Source: Tubiluchus corallicola
Lineage: Eukaryota > Animalia > Priapulida
Assembly: GCA_030141605.1 (NCBI GenBank)
Contig: JAQGDQ010000057.1
Span: 310,001 to 374,000, forward strand
DNA length: 64,000 bases
Direction of reading: 5' to 3'
Shown: positions 44,278-57,800 of the stretch, one piece after another
Layout of the letters: the number at the start of each line of letters is the position of its first letter
How positions within the stretch are numbered: position 1 is the first letter of the stretch
Notes under the pieces: model-generated
Told to the model about the DNA's origin: nothing
The model's input: only the letters and a program-made list of their open reading frames with translations
Database searches by the model: none
Translations under genes and position numbers: made by a program

Positions 44278-47200
44278 GTGAATAATTTTAATATCATCAC
44301 TAGACATTATATTATATGATAGCTTAGTTTATAACGATCTCCATCTGTATCTACGGCGTTCTTAATTGCGTCCTGTATTTGTCAGCACTAGGTCGGTCAT
44401 AAGAAGCGATAATACATTGGCTTGACTGACGGCTGATTCTGCTGCCAATTTCCATGTCAAGTTGTACATGACTCCTGCAAATACTCCTTAACTTGGGCTT
44501 AAGTAGGTAAAAGAGTTGGAATTTTCCAGTTTCTTCACATCAAGAGTCATATGGAGCAGCATTAGGGAATGGTTGGAACATCACCTGTATCAGGATGGAA
44601 ATTTAGCAATTTTTCAAAGTGGAAATGGGGACTGACAGGCACCAAAATTAATCTGCCTGTCCCCATTTTTGCTGTCACAGAGAACTCTATACAACATTAA
44701 TTTTGTACAGCAATTTAACAACATTACATAACATATTTGTGTTTGCAGACCAAAACCGTCCGTACGTCGCCATAGTTAGAAGTGCATTATGGTACCTCAA
44801 AGTAGAATGCCCCAAAAATTTGGTCAAATGTCAATTCTTTGTTTTTATAAAACCAAATGCTAAATATATTGGACTTTTATATTCCAGCGTCAAATTATCA
44901 AAGAATACAAAAGAAAATCTAATTTTATAGACTCTTACCCACTTTTTAAGGCTAGAAACTATTACTGCATAACTAGTAAATGTAAATAAAAGTATTGTAT
45001 TACCTTACCTTAGACCTTAGTCCTTCCCCTGCACGGATGCACATTGGGCAGACAGCATTTTCCACTGGGTTCTATCGGCGGCTTCTCTCTCGATGTTCTC
45101 CCAACGTCTGTTCATAGCCCGAAGGTCTTCTTTGAAAGATCTGCGCCACGTTGTTTTTGGCCGACCTTTTTTCCTTTTTCTACCAGGTGGTTCCCAGCAT
45201 AATGCTATTTTGGAGTGGCATTGTTCTGGTAGGCGGAGAATATGTCCAGCCAGTCTTGGTCTTCTCTCTGCGACTATTTCCTGCAACCGCCTTGACTGCA
45301 CCTGCTGTAGGACTTTCACATTGGTAACATGGTCGCGATAGGATATTTTTAGGATTTTCCAAATACATTTCCTGTGTATTAAAAGTTCATCTAGGTTTAT
45401 GGTAAAACAATGTAGATGACAGTACTGCTCCTTGTCAGATCCTGTTGCAGACGTTAATTACTCCAGATTAACTGCCATTGTAGTTTAACCATACTTCAGA
45501 AGTATACGTATTTAATTATCAACACTCAACTACTCATAAAATTTGACTATGTACTTGTTGGTAAACCAGTAATAAGAAACATTTTACGGTTATCAAATGC
45601 CTTTGCGGCATCCAGCGCAAAGCATTATACTTCTGAATTATTGCTTAGATAGTTGCTAACTGTAAACATGACAAGAAAACAACAATTCACCTATAATTTG
45701 AACTTTTGTTATATTACTATCTTTATATAAGATGTTAGCTAAGTTCGTGTATTTAAAAACAACTTCGTGTCTTAATATCATAGTAAATATGTTCAAAAAT
45801 GAATTAATAAAAGATTCAGTCGGATATAGAAAATAATCGGAAGAGTGATAGTATCAATGGACCCATCATGTACAGCATAGCTTTCGTTATGTCTTGTACT
45901 TAAATATTTTCATCATCTGTTGCAGAATTGAACTGCTCGGTTATAACTTGTTTGAAATTTGCCATTTTACTTTCTTCAAACCCAACGGAATTGCATAGTT
46001 TGGTTATACTCATTATGAAACACATGAACTTATTCATTTATCTTACTGCTCATTTTATTAATTTCCTTAATAAATCTCTTGAATTATTTTGTAAACCGTG
46101 CTCAGATATTAGTTCGATTTTAACATTTTCTTGACTTTTAAAGACTTTTTATTGCATAATGATATTGAGCCTTTGTCTGTCTCATAATACCTCTTAGTGG
46201 ACCATCCCGTCATAAATACAGTATTTTTGCCATATGATTTATTATCTAAACATCACATGTTTTATTGATTTTGTGATTTCTTTTTTTGCCTCAACTAATG
46301 GCTTTTTAGAACAATTCAATAAAGTTTCATTTTTAGGATGACTGCATTGAAGACAATGCCATTTTTGAGGAAGAGATCATCTCTATGCAAGACAATTTAA
46401 CGGAACTAAGAGGTAAATAATGGTTGTCTCAGTTATCTGCCCTGAGGACCTGTAAGTTTATAATTTGATTCAAACTGGTTTTTATCATTTGGATTTACCA
46501 GTGACATTTTATACAGTCTGCTGAATTCACTAAGCTGTTCGGCATTTCTGCATTCTTTAAACATAACTTTATTGTCTGTTAGTTAACTGAAGTGAAATAT
46601 TCAGTAGCTGTAATGACTCATGTCAAAGCAATTCAAATAAATAAAAAAACGAAAGTTTTTTACCTTACTTCAACTTACACTGTCTAAATGCTATGTCAGT
46701 AGACTGTGTAGACCACTAAGTGCATCTGTCTGTATGTTGTCCAAAGCATATTGATAAATGTTGTGTGAGCAACCTCTGTAGTAGAGACCACTACACGTAC
46801 ATCTGTCTGTATGTTGTCCGAGCCACATTGAATTTGACCTTGAAGGTCCATGAGGTTTTATATTAGGCCTTCCCCATGTGGATTTGCTTTTCTTGTTCAG
46901 CTGTTTCCATGTTTTATTAAATGCTCACATTATTCCTTGCTAAATCTACTGTGTAACATGAAAATGCATGTATGCATGTATCTGTGTAAAAGTACAAGCT
47001 TGCTAATATGAATGTTGGTTTTGCAGAGGAAAATGATCATTTAATGGATGACAAGGCTGATTTAAGGTAAGCAAAAATATGCAGTTGTGCTACTTCATTT
47101 TATTCCATTTATCTTACAATTTGAGAAAAAGATAAAACATAATCCATAAAGATAAATATTATACTAACTGCAGTCTAAGCTTAGTATACCACAAGACCAA

Positions 47201-50200
47201 TGTGCTTTATTTTGATACCAGTATATAATAACTAAGTATTTTTGAATTATGTTGCCTGTTCATAAAATATGGGACACAGTTATTATATAATCTCAGTACT
47301 TGTTGCTATATACCTAGTTGTTTAGTTAACTAATGCTTCAGTTATTATAATGGCTCTGTCGTTATGCAAATGTCAGACTTTAATATAACTAGCTGTTTGT
47401 TTGTACTGTCAAAATATTGTCTTCAAATTATTAGTACAGCAGTATAAATGTAGCGAGGTTTGTAATGATTAAAAGCCTTAATTTAAGATTCTTAGCTTAG
47501 ACCAAGCAATCTACTTTGACCGTGAACAGAACGTGTACAAAATTTTTATGATGATGTCATTATTCTTGTTGTGGCGGAATTATTGGAAGAGTTTAGTTTT
47601 TTAATTGCTCATAGGAAACAAATTGACATGTTGACGACATTGTTGTCCAAAGATTCTAGTGCGCAAAGTCATTCACTAAGATCACAAAATGACTTACCAA
47701 TTCAGCCAACAGCGAACTTTGACAAATTTCCACCCTTGTCTGAAAGCACTGTCATTAAAGACCATCAGACTATTGGTAAAAGCTTTGACACACATGTCGA
47801 CAATCAACAGGCACAACAACGTGATCAAGGTGGATCTCAGGAGCAGCAGCAGCAGCTAGCTCAAATGCAGAACAACTTGCCCAACTTTTATCAACAAATG
47901 TTTCGCCATGGCTCCGTGCACAACTCAGATGTTAGTCAGCAACAAGGATTTGCACCAGACCAGGGTTTGCTAGATCAGAGACTTCATTTTTCAGAGCAGC
48001 CAATTGGCCAAAGTAATCCTAGCCAAAACCAAGGTGCTAATTACTTGAACCAGAGGGGAGCTGCCGTAAACCAACAGTTTAACAACATTCAGCTGCAGCA
48101 GGACCAGGGCAGGGGTTATGTGAATGGAGCACCACCATCAACAGAATTACAGGTAAGTTGCTTCACAAGCTTTGATTTATTCAGTAATATATAATTTATA
48201 GATCACTCAAGGCAATCTTTATGTGATGTATTGTTGTTATTTCTAGGGTCAAAACATCGGCTATGACTTCAACAGTCAGCAACTTCCAAATCAGGTATCT
48301 ATGCAGCAGACTGGCAGCTTGACAGGTAATAGAAACTAGTGTTTACATGAAGAGCAAAAGTCAGACTTGGGTACCTTATTCCTTATGTCTGTCAGGTACC
48401 CTGGTACCTGATTGTTAAGATTCAGCGACAAGAAGAAATTCTAATCACTTACATTTGCAAAAAAAACATTCACACTTCAACTGACTGCGCTGTTATGTTA
48501 AGAACAATTATTCGGTTATTATATACTGGGGACCGGAACACACGTTCTGTGAGTCACGAAAGTTAGTATTTTACCAAGAAAGTATGTGACTGAGTGTGTG
48601 CCGGACTGCAGTTACTTCATTGCACTCTTTGTCAGTGAATCAACTACTTCAGCCTAGGTAGCAACGCAGTGAGCTCTATTAATACAGAGTAGGGATTACG
48701 GGAATAAAATAATCCACAAGATCCTTTTTGTGTGCTGTTTAACTTAATAATCCATTTTTTCGTATCTTTGTTAGCGGTCCAAAATAGGTTTATGAATGTT
48801 AATAAACAATTTCATTTTGATGATTAACGTCCTGTTAATTGAAGAAATCATGATTGTTTGTTTTTTGTAAGTTACTTCTATGGCAAAAGTGGTTTAATCT
48901 GCCATCTCCCTGCTGGCTGTTGGCCAAATGTGCTGTCTATGCAGCAGTTAACAGTCTGCTAGTAGATACCTACTGCAGAAGTGCACAGCAGAAGGTGACA
49001 TTTAAATTTTAGATTCTCTAACATGGATACAGTATTACAAATACAGGATGAATTTTTATTGTTGGAATGGAAATATTAGTCTCTGGTAATGAACAGTGTG
49101 GGCATTACCAGAGCCTAATATTTCCATAATAATTACTTGAGTACAAACCCGATGGAAACACTGACACAAACATTTTTGAGTAAAGAAATCTTTGTCTTTA
49201 TTTTTTTTTAAATTTTTCAAGTTGTATACAACTTAACATTAGGACCTTCTTATGTTAACTGGTTGCGGCTCGACAGTTTCACCTTGATTAAAATTCTTTA
49301 TTCAAGATTTTTTTCTAGAATTTCTTTTTTGTTTATTGCAGCTCCTCAACAACAACCACCGGTGGCACCCATGAACAGAGGACCAATGGAGCAACCACCA
49401 TTGGCACATATGAACAGAGGACCAATGGAACAACAAATGATGTCACCTATGAATGGAGGACCAAATGAACGTTTTAACGGAGATAGTGGCAATCAAGGTG
49501 GCGATGGAACAACTACTAGCTCAACAGAAAGCACTGGCAGCGATTTAGATGAAGAGGTAATTTCTTCTCGTGTAGTAATAGAAAAACCCCAGTTACTGAT
49601 GTTTTGAAACCGCAGGTCTAAATTACACATGAGTGTAAAGAAGAGATTGCTAGCCTGCGTATGGATTAATGCTTTGCGAGTGTGTTGCTAGGTAACACAG
49701 TGGTTAAGAACTTGCCAACATGCATTCCAATGCATCAAACGTTTTATATTATTCCATTAGGCTTGTCATTTACGAATATTTTTCCATACCTTTTATTACA
49801 AATTTGAATTAAATTTATTATAATGGTCCCATGACAGCATAGCGTTAGGTTAGTTGATAATTAATTAGCCACCAGGGACAATGGAATGTTTTGTTTGTCA
49901 AATTTGTCCAGTGGTGGGCTTAAGTGTATTTAGCAAACGTGAAAAATGTTTGTGCGTTGCCTGCAAAACTTTTTCTTTTTATGCTGGTTTTGTTTAAAAA
50001 ATTAATACCTGACCTTTAAGTGCAGAAGCAGAGGAGTTCAGTCTAACTGTCTTCACAAACAAAAACTTAAACGACTAAATATCAGGTGGAGTAAAAACGA
50101 CCATTAACCAGTTGAAATCTGAAAGTGTGTTATAAACTCTGCAACACAATTTCTAATCCTTAATGAGAAAAACCTTAGCCGAACTTACTGTGCATCGTGA

Positions 50201-51758
50201 CAAAGGTGTGCCATGTTAAAGCCTAACGATATCAAATATACCTAATATACCTAATGATACCTAATAAAACGGAAGAAAACCTCATCTAACTAGCAATTGA
50301 ACAGAATAAAGCTACTTGAAACCTAAAAGTATGAACACATATATGTGAGAAAAAACATTTACCAGCATTTTTGCATAGCACTGGTTTTAGGAGACTTACA
50401 GACCTGACACAAGGTTCTCGAACAACCAACACTGCTCAGCCTGATTACCACAGATGATTCAAGATGCAGTAGAGGACAAGTCCTTTTATAAACTTCACAA
50501 ACGTCAAATTAAAAAGCCAAACTGTGGTTAGTTGAGGGAAACTGTACGAAGATTAGCCAGTAAGTCTCGAGGTCCATGCTTTAATAGAATTCAAGAAACA
50601 AAGACTACTTTTTAGGGGTAACATACAACATCTGTATGTATCCTACTGCTATGAACCATAAATGAAAGGGAGGATGTACTGCCAAAATAATTTTTATTTT
50701 TAATTTGATGGATTTCATAGGTGTCAGATGTAATCACTTGTGTCAGTGACTATTTCAGCTTTCTGATACATTACAAAGCTAGTGTCGTTTGAAGCTGGAA
50801 GCATCTTTCTCTCTGACTCACCCAGTTTAGCTTTTGCCCTTGGCATGTGAAAGATAAGCCATTCTGGGAGTAGCTTTTGTCATTCAATTTGCTTCAACAA
50901 GACCTTTCACTTACTTCAACCTTCTATTGTGTGACACTGGAAACATGTGTCTACCCTACCCAATTTCGGTTTTCTACTCCTACAGTGGGGTCAAGCAATC
51001 TGCATGTAATTCATACTGTTCAATTTGTCCCATCGAGACCTTTACTTGTGGTGTATTACAAGTTACTGTTAATCAACATTAGTGCACCCGACCGTCCATG
51101 TTCAGTTTTTACCTGTAGTGGAAAATTTTCTAATACACGCATAACTTGTATTCAGCGATGCACAAGATCTCGACCCCACCTGGTGGCCTTAGCTCAAACA
51201 CTGTAAGACTGGTGGAGAACCAGGTTAACGGAAACCATGAAGTCTTCCTAGACACTTCGTGACCTTTCACCCAGTAGTAACCATAAGTCCGCGGACCTGG
51301 GGATTGTGCCCTGTGAGTTTTGTGACCTTAGCCCCTTTGTGTGGCGAGTTATTAAGTGATCAAAAAATGAAAAAATAAAAAGTGGGCTAAATCAAGAAGA
51401 TTCTGCTAATGCAAAATGTTAATAGATGTGCAATTCGAAAAGATTTTGCATTTCTATAGGCAAAATTTTAATAAGCCATGCAAAAAGATATTTACTATTT
51501 AAGTTAATCTGCAGAGCATTTTGAACAAACTGCAACTGAAAGGTGTGCATGATGAAAGTGTTGTGTGTCAGATATATACAAAACTAGCTGCCTGAATAAT
51601 TAATCCATAATTAGAAATGTAATTTATCCATTTCACATTGTTGCAGTGTTATTTTAAGTTGAATGAATAGTTCGAGTTTTAATTAATTATAATCTATATT
51701 TCAGAATGAGTCAGTTGAAATTAAAGTTGGGAAATATGCAATGCCTGGGCAATCCTAA
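43921..51758 (+). CDS. Type II membrane protein with coiled coil and Gln/Pro-rich low-complexity ectodomain (GOLM1/GOLM2/GOLIM4-like architecture), 7 exons, 452 aa
   Basis: Short basic N-tail, one hydrophobic span (ILNIASLVSLFVVLGVLSY), heptad-rich segment, Q-rich tail. Seven GT-AG exons sum to 1359 nt, in frame. The family call rests on architecture only. Confidence 0.8.
45000..45375 (-). mobile_element. 5'-truncated RTE-clade LINE 3' end with short-repeat tail
   Basis: RLAGHILRLP..KIALCWEPPGRKRKKGRPKTTW is a typical RTE C-terminus, followed by a (taagg)n tail. Confidence 0.85.
46337..46412 (+). CDS. exon 2 (DDCIEDNAIFEEEIISMQDNLTELR)
   Basis: ttttag / gtaaat, phase consistent. Confidence 0.8.
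47027..47066 (+). CDS. exon 3 (ENDHLMDDKADL)
   Basis: ttgcag / gtaagc, phase consistent. Confidence 0.78.
47615..48152 (+). CDS. exon 4 (Gln-rich)
   Basis: Within ORF 47571-48194; catag / gtaagt. Confidence 0.85.
48247..48325 (+). CDS. exon 5 (GQNIGYDFNSQQLPNQ...)
   Basis: ttctag / gtaata, phase consistent. Confidence 0.75.
49342..49556 (+). CDS. exon 6 (PMNRGPMEQ repeats, acidic end)
   Basis: ttgcag / gtaatt. Confidence 0.82.
51705..51758 (+). CDS. exon 7, last (NESVEIKVGKYAMPGQS*)
   Basis: tttcag acceptor in phase, then stop; lower certainty. Confidence 0.6.
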   Translation, partial: NESVEIKVGKYAMPGQS

Positions 51759-53949
51759 GAAGTGCAGGATAGCTGTGTTGTGAATGAGTCATTAATACTG
51801 ATAAATTAATATATTACTCTCAGCTATACATTATAATTGCTCAAACTTAGCCAAAGACAACTCATAATGGATGTGATTCACCTTAGCCTTATGATGCTGC
51901 CAGCTATTTAATAGGTTGTGATTGTAAATTTGGTAGAGCAAAATACAACTAAATTTGTATTTATATGAGAGCAACAGGCTGACATAATTTTTGCAGTAAT
52001 GGATTTTAAACTTAATATGTATTTACGTATTCCCTAAGAGTATCATCGCACATTTTTTAAAAATTTTCCAAAACTTTTAAAATGTTCAAGATCCAAAAGT
52101 TTGTATGCTGATATGACAGTATAACACACTAGTACCACAATAGTTCCAATTTATTTATCAAGTAATGCATTCTTTTGCTAAACACAGTATATCTCCAATG
52201 AATCTAAGTGTGGAAAGATGCTAAGTCTGATAATATTTCGAATAGGTAAGTGCATCAATAGTATAATATTAGAAAGATAAGAGTGTTGTATGTCATATCT
52301 GCATGTTTATGCAGCATATTTAATGAAAAGCTGCTCAAGATAAAAGCACACTGCTCTAACATTGGTGCTAGTTATTTTGTTTGTAAACGTTCACAAAACT
52401 GAAAAGTATTTTTACATGTTGATAAAGCTAATTGCATAAGGACATAATCTCCTGAATCTCCAACTTAGCTGTAGTCAAATACTTTTAAAACTGATCATGT
52501 TAACTCTGATTTTTTTCTAACTTGTAACAAATATTAAGTAATTAAGGCCTCTTGGCATATATAAATAGTTTTGTTAGCTCATTTTTGATTTATTTGGTGC
52601 CCTGGAACACAGTTTAAATAGCGGTGACCATGGTACCTTTGTGATGTGCTTGCTATTGAGGTATCAAAGCAATTGCATATTTTCTTACCTACTGTGGAAT
52701 CTCCATGTTTGCTGTGAATTCTATTTATGTTTAATGTGGTAAAGTTGATGGCCTATTATATTTTTGTACAATTTTATTATTCTTAGCTTTATCATAAATT
52801 TCGTTACTTATTTAAGAGAAGGGTAACATATTGAACTAATGGGTGTTAGTATCATTTACTTACTGTTTACTGTTGTTGTTATATTGTTATTATGTAAAAT
52901 TGTATACAAGTAACCTACAAAAGTTACATTTTTATACTATTGATGTCTAGAAATTATAGGCCAATGGGTCTGTTGTGTCTTTTGTGCATGAAATCAAAGT
53001 TTCAAATTTAATCTTTTGTTTTTTGATACTATTGATTTTATGACAGTCACTTATTTGTTGATGCTTAATTTTGTTTTTGGTAAAATCAAGAGTGGAAATT
53101 ATAGGAAAGCTCATGTTATTGTAATATCATAAATTAATAAACTATTTATTTTTTACTTGTACTTCTTATAATTTCTATAATCCATAATGATTTTATTAAG
53201 AAATGTAGCTTGGCTCCTTTTTATTGAAAAAAACCACTGAGGCCTTAAAAGGCGGTAAAGTTCTCTTATTACTGATCACAATTACTGGTCATGCATTTAG
53301 TGGGTGGTGAAGTTGTGAAGACAATTTAGGTATTACATTATCTAAATTAAAATTTTTTGTTGAAATAATTAGTAAACAGTTTGCTTTGGCCTGTTTTCTG
53401 CAAAATACATCAATATACTATGATTATGTTTTTAAAACACGTACAGCTAGTTAATGGTGGTAGCAACACTATGAAATCATTCTAGTAAACAAATGACATA
53501 ATAATCATTATTACTCAAATGTAATATTATAATTAATTTCTTAATTAACATGCAGGTGTGTAAGAGCCAATTATTAAATTTTATTAGGTGGAATATTACA
53601 TACCAAGCGCACAATAAAGTACAGTACACTGTGCTTGTTTCTAATGGAATCCTCCACTTTATATTACACGGGAGAAAATAAACTAAACATAATTAAAATC
53701 ATAATACCTTAAATAAAATAACTAAGTTTCAAAATTAAAGCTGCATCATTGAATTTAAATATGGACTGAAATGATAAAAATATGGAGTGTTAATGTGTAG
53801 AGGACCAGTCCACGGTTAGAATCCAGTATATTAATCCACTTTAATGATTTACATGTATATAATATAATTTAGAAGTCCTGTTTACTGAAATAAATAAAGG
53901 TCATGATTTGGCTTACTGTAATTTACAAAATGAATTGGAAACTTGAAAC

Positions 53950-54125
53950 ATAGAGAGATAGAGACAGAAAGAGAAAGAGGGAATGATGGAGAGAAGAAAT
54001 AGAGAGTGAGTGAAAGAAAAAGAGAGAGCATGTGAGTGAGAAAGTGAATGGCAGAGAGCGAGGAAAAGAGAGAAAAAGAGATTGTAAAAATGTTGCTTAG
54101 CTGAACTGGAAATTGTAAACTCTCC

Positions 54126-54188
<63 letters not shown>
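53950..54188. repeat. GA-rich tract followed by (TC)n microsatellite
   Basis: Directly visible. Confidence 0.9.
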
Positions 54189-54189
<1 letters not shown>

Positions 54190-54677
54190 AGGTGAGGTTG
54201 CCAACTTGAGCTAGATAGCTGACAAATTTCTCACTGCAAATATTACATATCTGATATATCTGTTGCTATATATATATATATATATATATAATTATACCCA
54301 TCGACTTAGCCTCATATGGTTCACCAAAACTACAGGCATAATTTTATGTGATTTTGGTAGTTTCAAGTCTATGTGTAGTTGTATTTTATATCAATGAAAA
54401 GCTCCAATAAGTTTATATTTTGTTTCTATAATTCGACTTTAAATAAAATCTTCATTTTCTTTTCTAACTGAACGTCGCTCTAAGCCAATTTGAGAGCAAT
54501 GAATATTGGCTATCTGTATAGTCGCTCTATCTTCTAGTTTCTGAAAGGTGTAATCACACAGAAGCCGTAAGAGGCGCTAGAGGATTTAGGAGAATTTTTA
54601 CAAAAAAATTATGTGAGAACAGGAGAAAGCAGTTTTTCCGGAAAGCTCTGTTTATATCTGTAAATCACATGAATTAG

Positions 54678-54876
54678 TTACAAAGTGCAGACAACGCAGG
54701 TGATCTCACGTCCTGATGTGTAATTTGGACATGGCAACGTGCCACAGTTTGCTTCTACTACATAAAGTAGGCCGCCATTCTGATCGCCATCGCCGCCAGG
54801 GTTTACTTCAGGTGCTTCGTCTACACAAGCAAATGTGGAACGTCCTTTCTGACTGTAATGTGTCGACATCAAGTAC
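54678..54876 (-). CDS. Collagen last exon (YLMSTHY...TCVVCTL*)
   Basis: ttttag acceptor; conserved CVVC end. Confidence 0.92.
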
Positions 54877-57800
54877 CTAAAAGTAGCATGAAACGTAAAC
54901 AAAGAAGATAACTGGTTAAGAAACAATTAGCACAACAAGTTTGCAACTGTAACTAAATTCCACTGAACAATATAAATTTTACAATTTAAATAAAGCTTTA
55001 AGAAATGAACAGTGTTTACCTACAATTGAATGATTTGATTGAAGTGGAAACCTATGAAAATTTAAAGTGATTAGTTCTTAAAACATTTAAACTTATTTTG
55101 TGTAGGAAGAAATGTAAATTCTTTATGTAGAGCATGAAAGTTGCCTGCCACAATTTCCTTTAACACCTTTAGTAACATCATTACATAGAACAGCATGGTC
55201 AAGAATCAGATGTTCATTATTCTTTCCAACAAACTTTGTACATTTTCTCCTTGGTCTTTCCAAATCAATTTTAATGTAGTTAGCAAGCATATGAGAAAGG
55301 GCCACATTGCAGTAATTTAGGACAAAAGAGATATCAGAACAAATTTGGTGTCTGCTAGGGTATTACCATACAAAAAGGTCTTATTATCACTAGGGCGAAC
55401 ATTTTTATTAGAAAACCATTGTTTAGAATTTATTGCACAAGGTCTGTTGTGTTCCATTTTGGAGAAATTACTAAATCTATGTTACTAAAGAATTTAAAGT
55501 TATCCGCAATAAACTGCGTATAACAAAGTTATTTTCTCTACCTTATGATTGCAATGCTACTCATATGTCTTTTCCTTTTCCTTAATAATTACTTCTTTGT
55601 TATTACGGCCGAGTGTTGCTTAATTATGTGCTGTTCTCAACATTTAACTCAACAGTGTTCAGTGCTGTAATATGAGTACAATGTGTTTATCATTTAGTAC
55701 ATGTTGGTAATTACAGAAAACAAGAAACCATTTCCAACTATAATGTGGACAAAAATGTCGCTCTTTCAAACTGTGGTTATAGTTGTAATGCTTTCAGACG
55801 CTCTTTCAAACTGTGGTTATAGTTGTAATGCTTTCTGTCGCTCTTTCAAACTGTGGTTATAGTTGTAATGCTTTCAGTCGCTCTTTCAAGCTGTGGTTAT
55901 AGTTGTAATGCTTTCAGTCGCTCTTTCAAGCTGTGGTTATAGTTGTAATGCTTTCAGTCGCTCTTTCAAGCTGTGGTTATAGTTGTAATGCTTTCAGTCG
56001 CTCTTTCAAGCTGTGGTTATAGTTGTAATGTTTTCAGTCGCTCTTTCAAGCTGTGGTTATAGTTGTAATGTTTTTCAGATCTATACAGAGAATGTAAGAA
56101 TCGTATAAATGGATTACGAAAAAAGTAAATTATAAATAAATAAATAAGCAAACAAACAATCAAATAAATAAATAAATATTGTACTAAACACAAACGCAGC
56201 ACTTATGACTGTTAATGTCACGTACCCATGATATTCTCTTATCCAGGGACTGGGACAGTTTATCCATGCCGGTATCATAAGAGCAGTGCTTCTAGTTTCC
56301 ACTCTGCACACAGCACATACTGCAGTCTGATCATGCAGACGTTCAGCGTTAGTTTTTTTGAATGGATTATTTGATGCTGACACTTCATATTCCGTTCCAT
56401 AGATGTAAGCCTTACTCTGAAAACCATCCAAGTATCGTCCCCACTCAGGCTGGTGTGGAAGACACTGATAATTTCCTCCACCTCCATCATGGCTATAATG
56501 ACTGCTAGCTACCAAACCTAAATAAATGACAATGTATTTTTTGCTGTTGTTTTTGGTGTAAAATTAAGAAGAAAAACCAAAAGATTGTTACTTTAGTTAA
56601 CAAGATTTCAAATGGTTGAGTCACTGTGACAAAAAAGGGTTTTTAAAAAATTCAGTTGCGTTCATTTAAAAATCTGGCAGCTTTCAAAAAAAACAATTGC
56701 AATAATGGTGACAATAAATTTGTGGTTGTAACATTCTGGCGGCAGGTTACCTACATGGATGGATTTCACGCAAAGAGATCTCAATGGAACGTCTTTATTT
56801 CTGAAAGATACTTCATCTTGGGGGGTAGCTGGGAACCGAAGCACTTGGCAGCAGAAGGTTCATAGTGCTATGTCTTTCAGTGAATGAACACAAAACATAA
56901 TGATTCTGGTACTACCTTTTTTCTACAATGTCTGCAGTTTTGGTTCTCATACGCTTGAATATGAAAGATAAGTAAAGATTATATTTTATTCAAACTCCGA
57001 TAGTTAATAATGCAGCAAGGCGACTATACAAACCATCATAAATAAGCTGAGCACCAGTTTCAGGACAAACGGTTCTCCCCCATCTAATGTAAACAGCACC
57101 TCCGTGAGTGACATTACTTCTAACTGAAATAACGAAGTGATTCTTAGATGAAATTTTCAACACTATCTAATCAAAATAAAATTGTTGTATCGATGATCAA
57201 GTATGATACATAATATAAATAAGTAGGCAAGGAACTAAATAAGTAAATAGTAATACAGTGAGTGAGTGAGTGAGTGAGTGAGTGAGTGAGTGGGAAAGCG
57301 AGTAAGTAAGTCAGTGAGTTAGTCAATGAGTGAGTGTGTGAGTAAGTAAGTAAGCAAGGACGGAAAGAAGGAAACAAGGAAGAAAGAAAATCAACGTTAT
57401 GCTATTTACAAACTTTGGATGCGTCCGCTAAACCCCCAACTTACAACGATCATAGATATAGCTTTCTACTGAATGCATCAACGCTTGTTTCTCTTCGTGT
57501 AGCGTCAGTCCTTCTCTGGTCACTTCCGTCATCATGCCTGGTTCTCCTGGTCGCCCTGGCGGTCCAGTAAGCCCTCTTGGACCTGGTGCACCCTTAACGA
57601 AACGTAAACGTAAACAATACACTTTCTCTTGTAATAGTTTAATTCATGTAACTTAGGGGTTATTAATAAATCATTGAAGCTGAAAGGCTAGAAAAGCAAT
57701 GTAAATGACGATGCTTCTCGTATGCATTTCTTTGCACCCGATGGTGCACAGCGGCATTGCTGCCTGCAATTTTACCAGCCAGATAACGTCATCGGAACAA

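Noticed and set aside
51170-51382. Possible SINE or structured RNA with A-rich tail
   Set aside because: No clear B box, TSD or second copy in the window
55757-56076. 40-bp repeat arrays here and at 60010-60258 as possible CRISPR
   Set aside because: No spacers; plain intronic minisatellites
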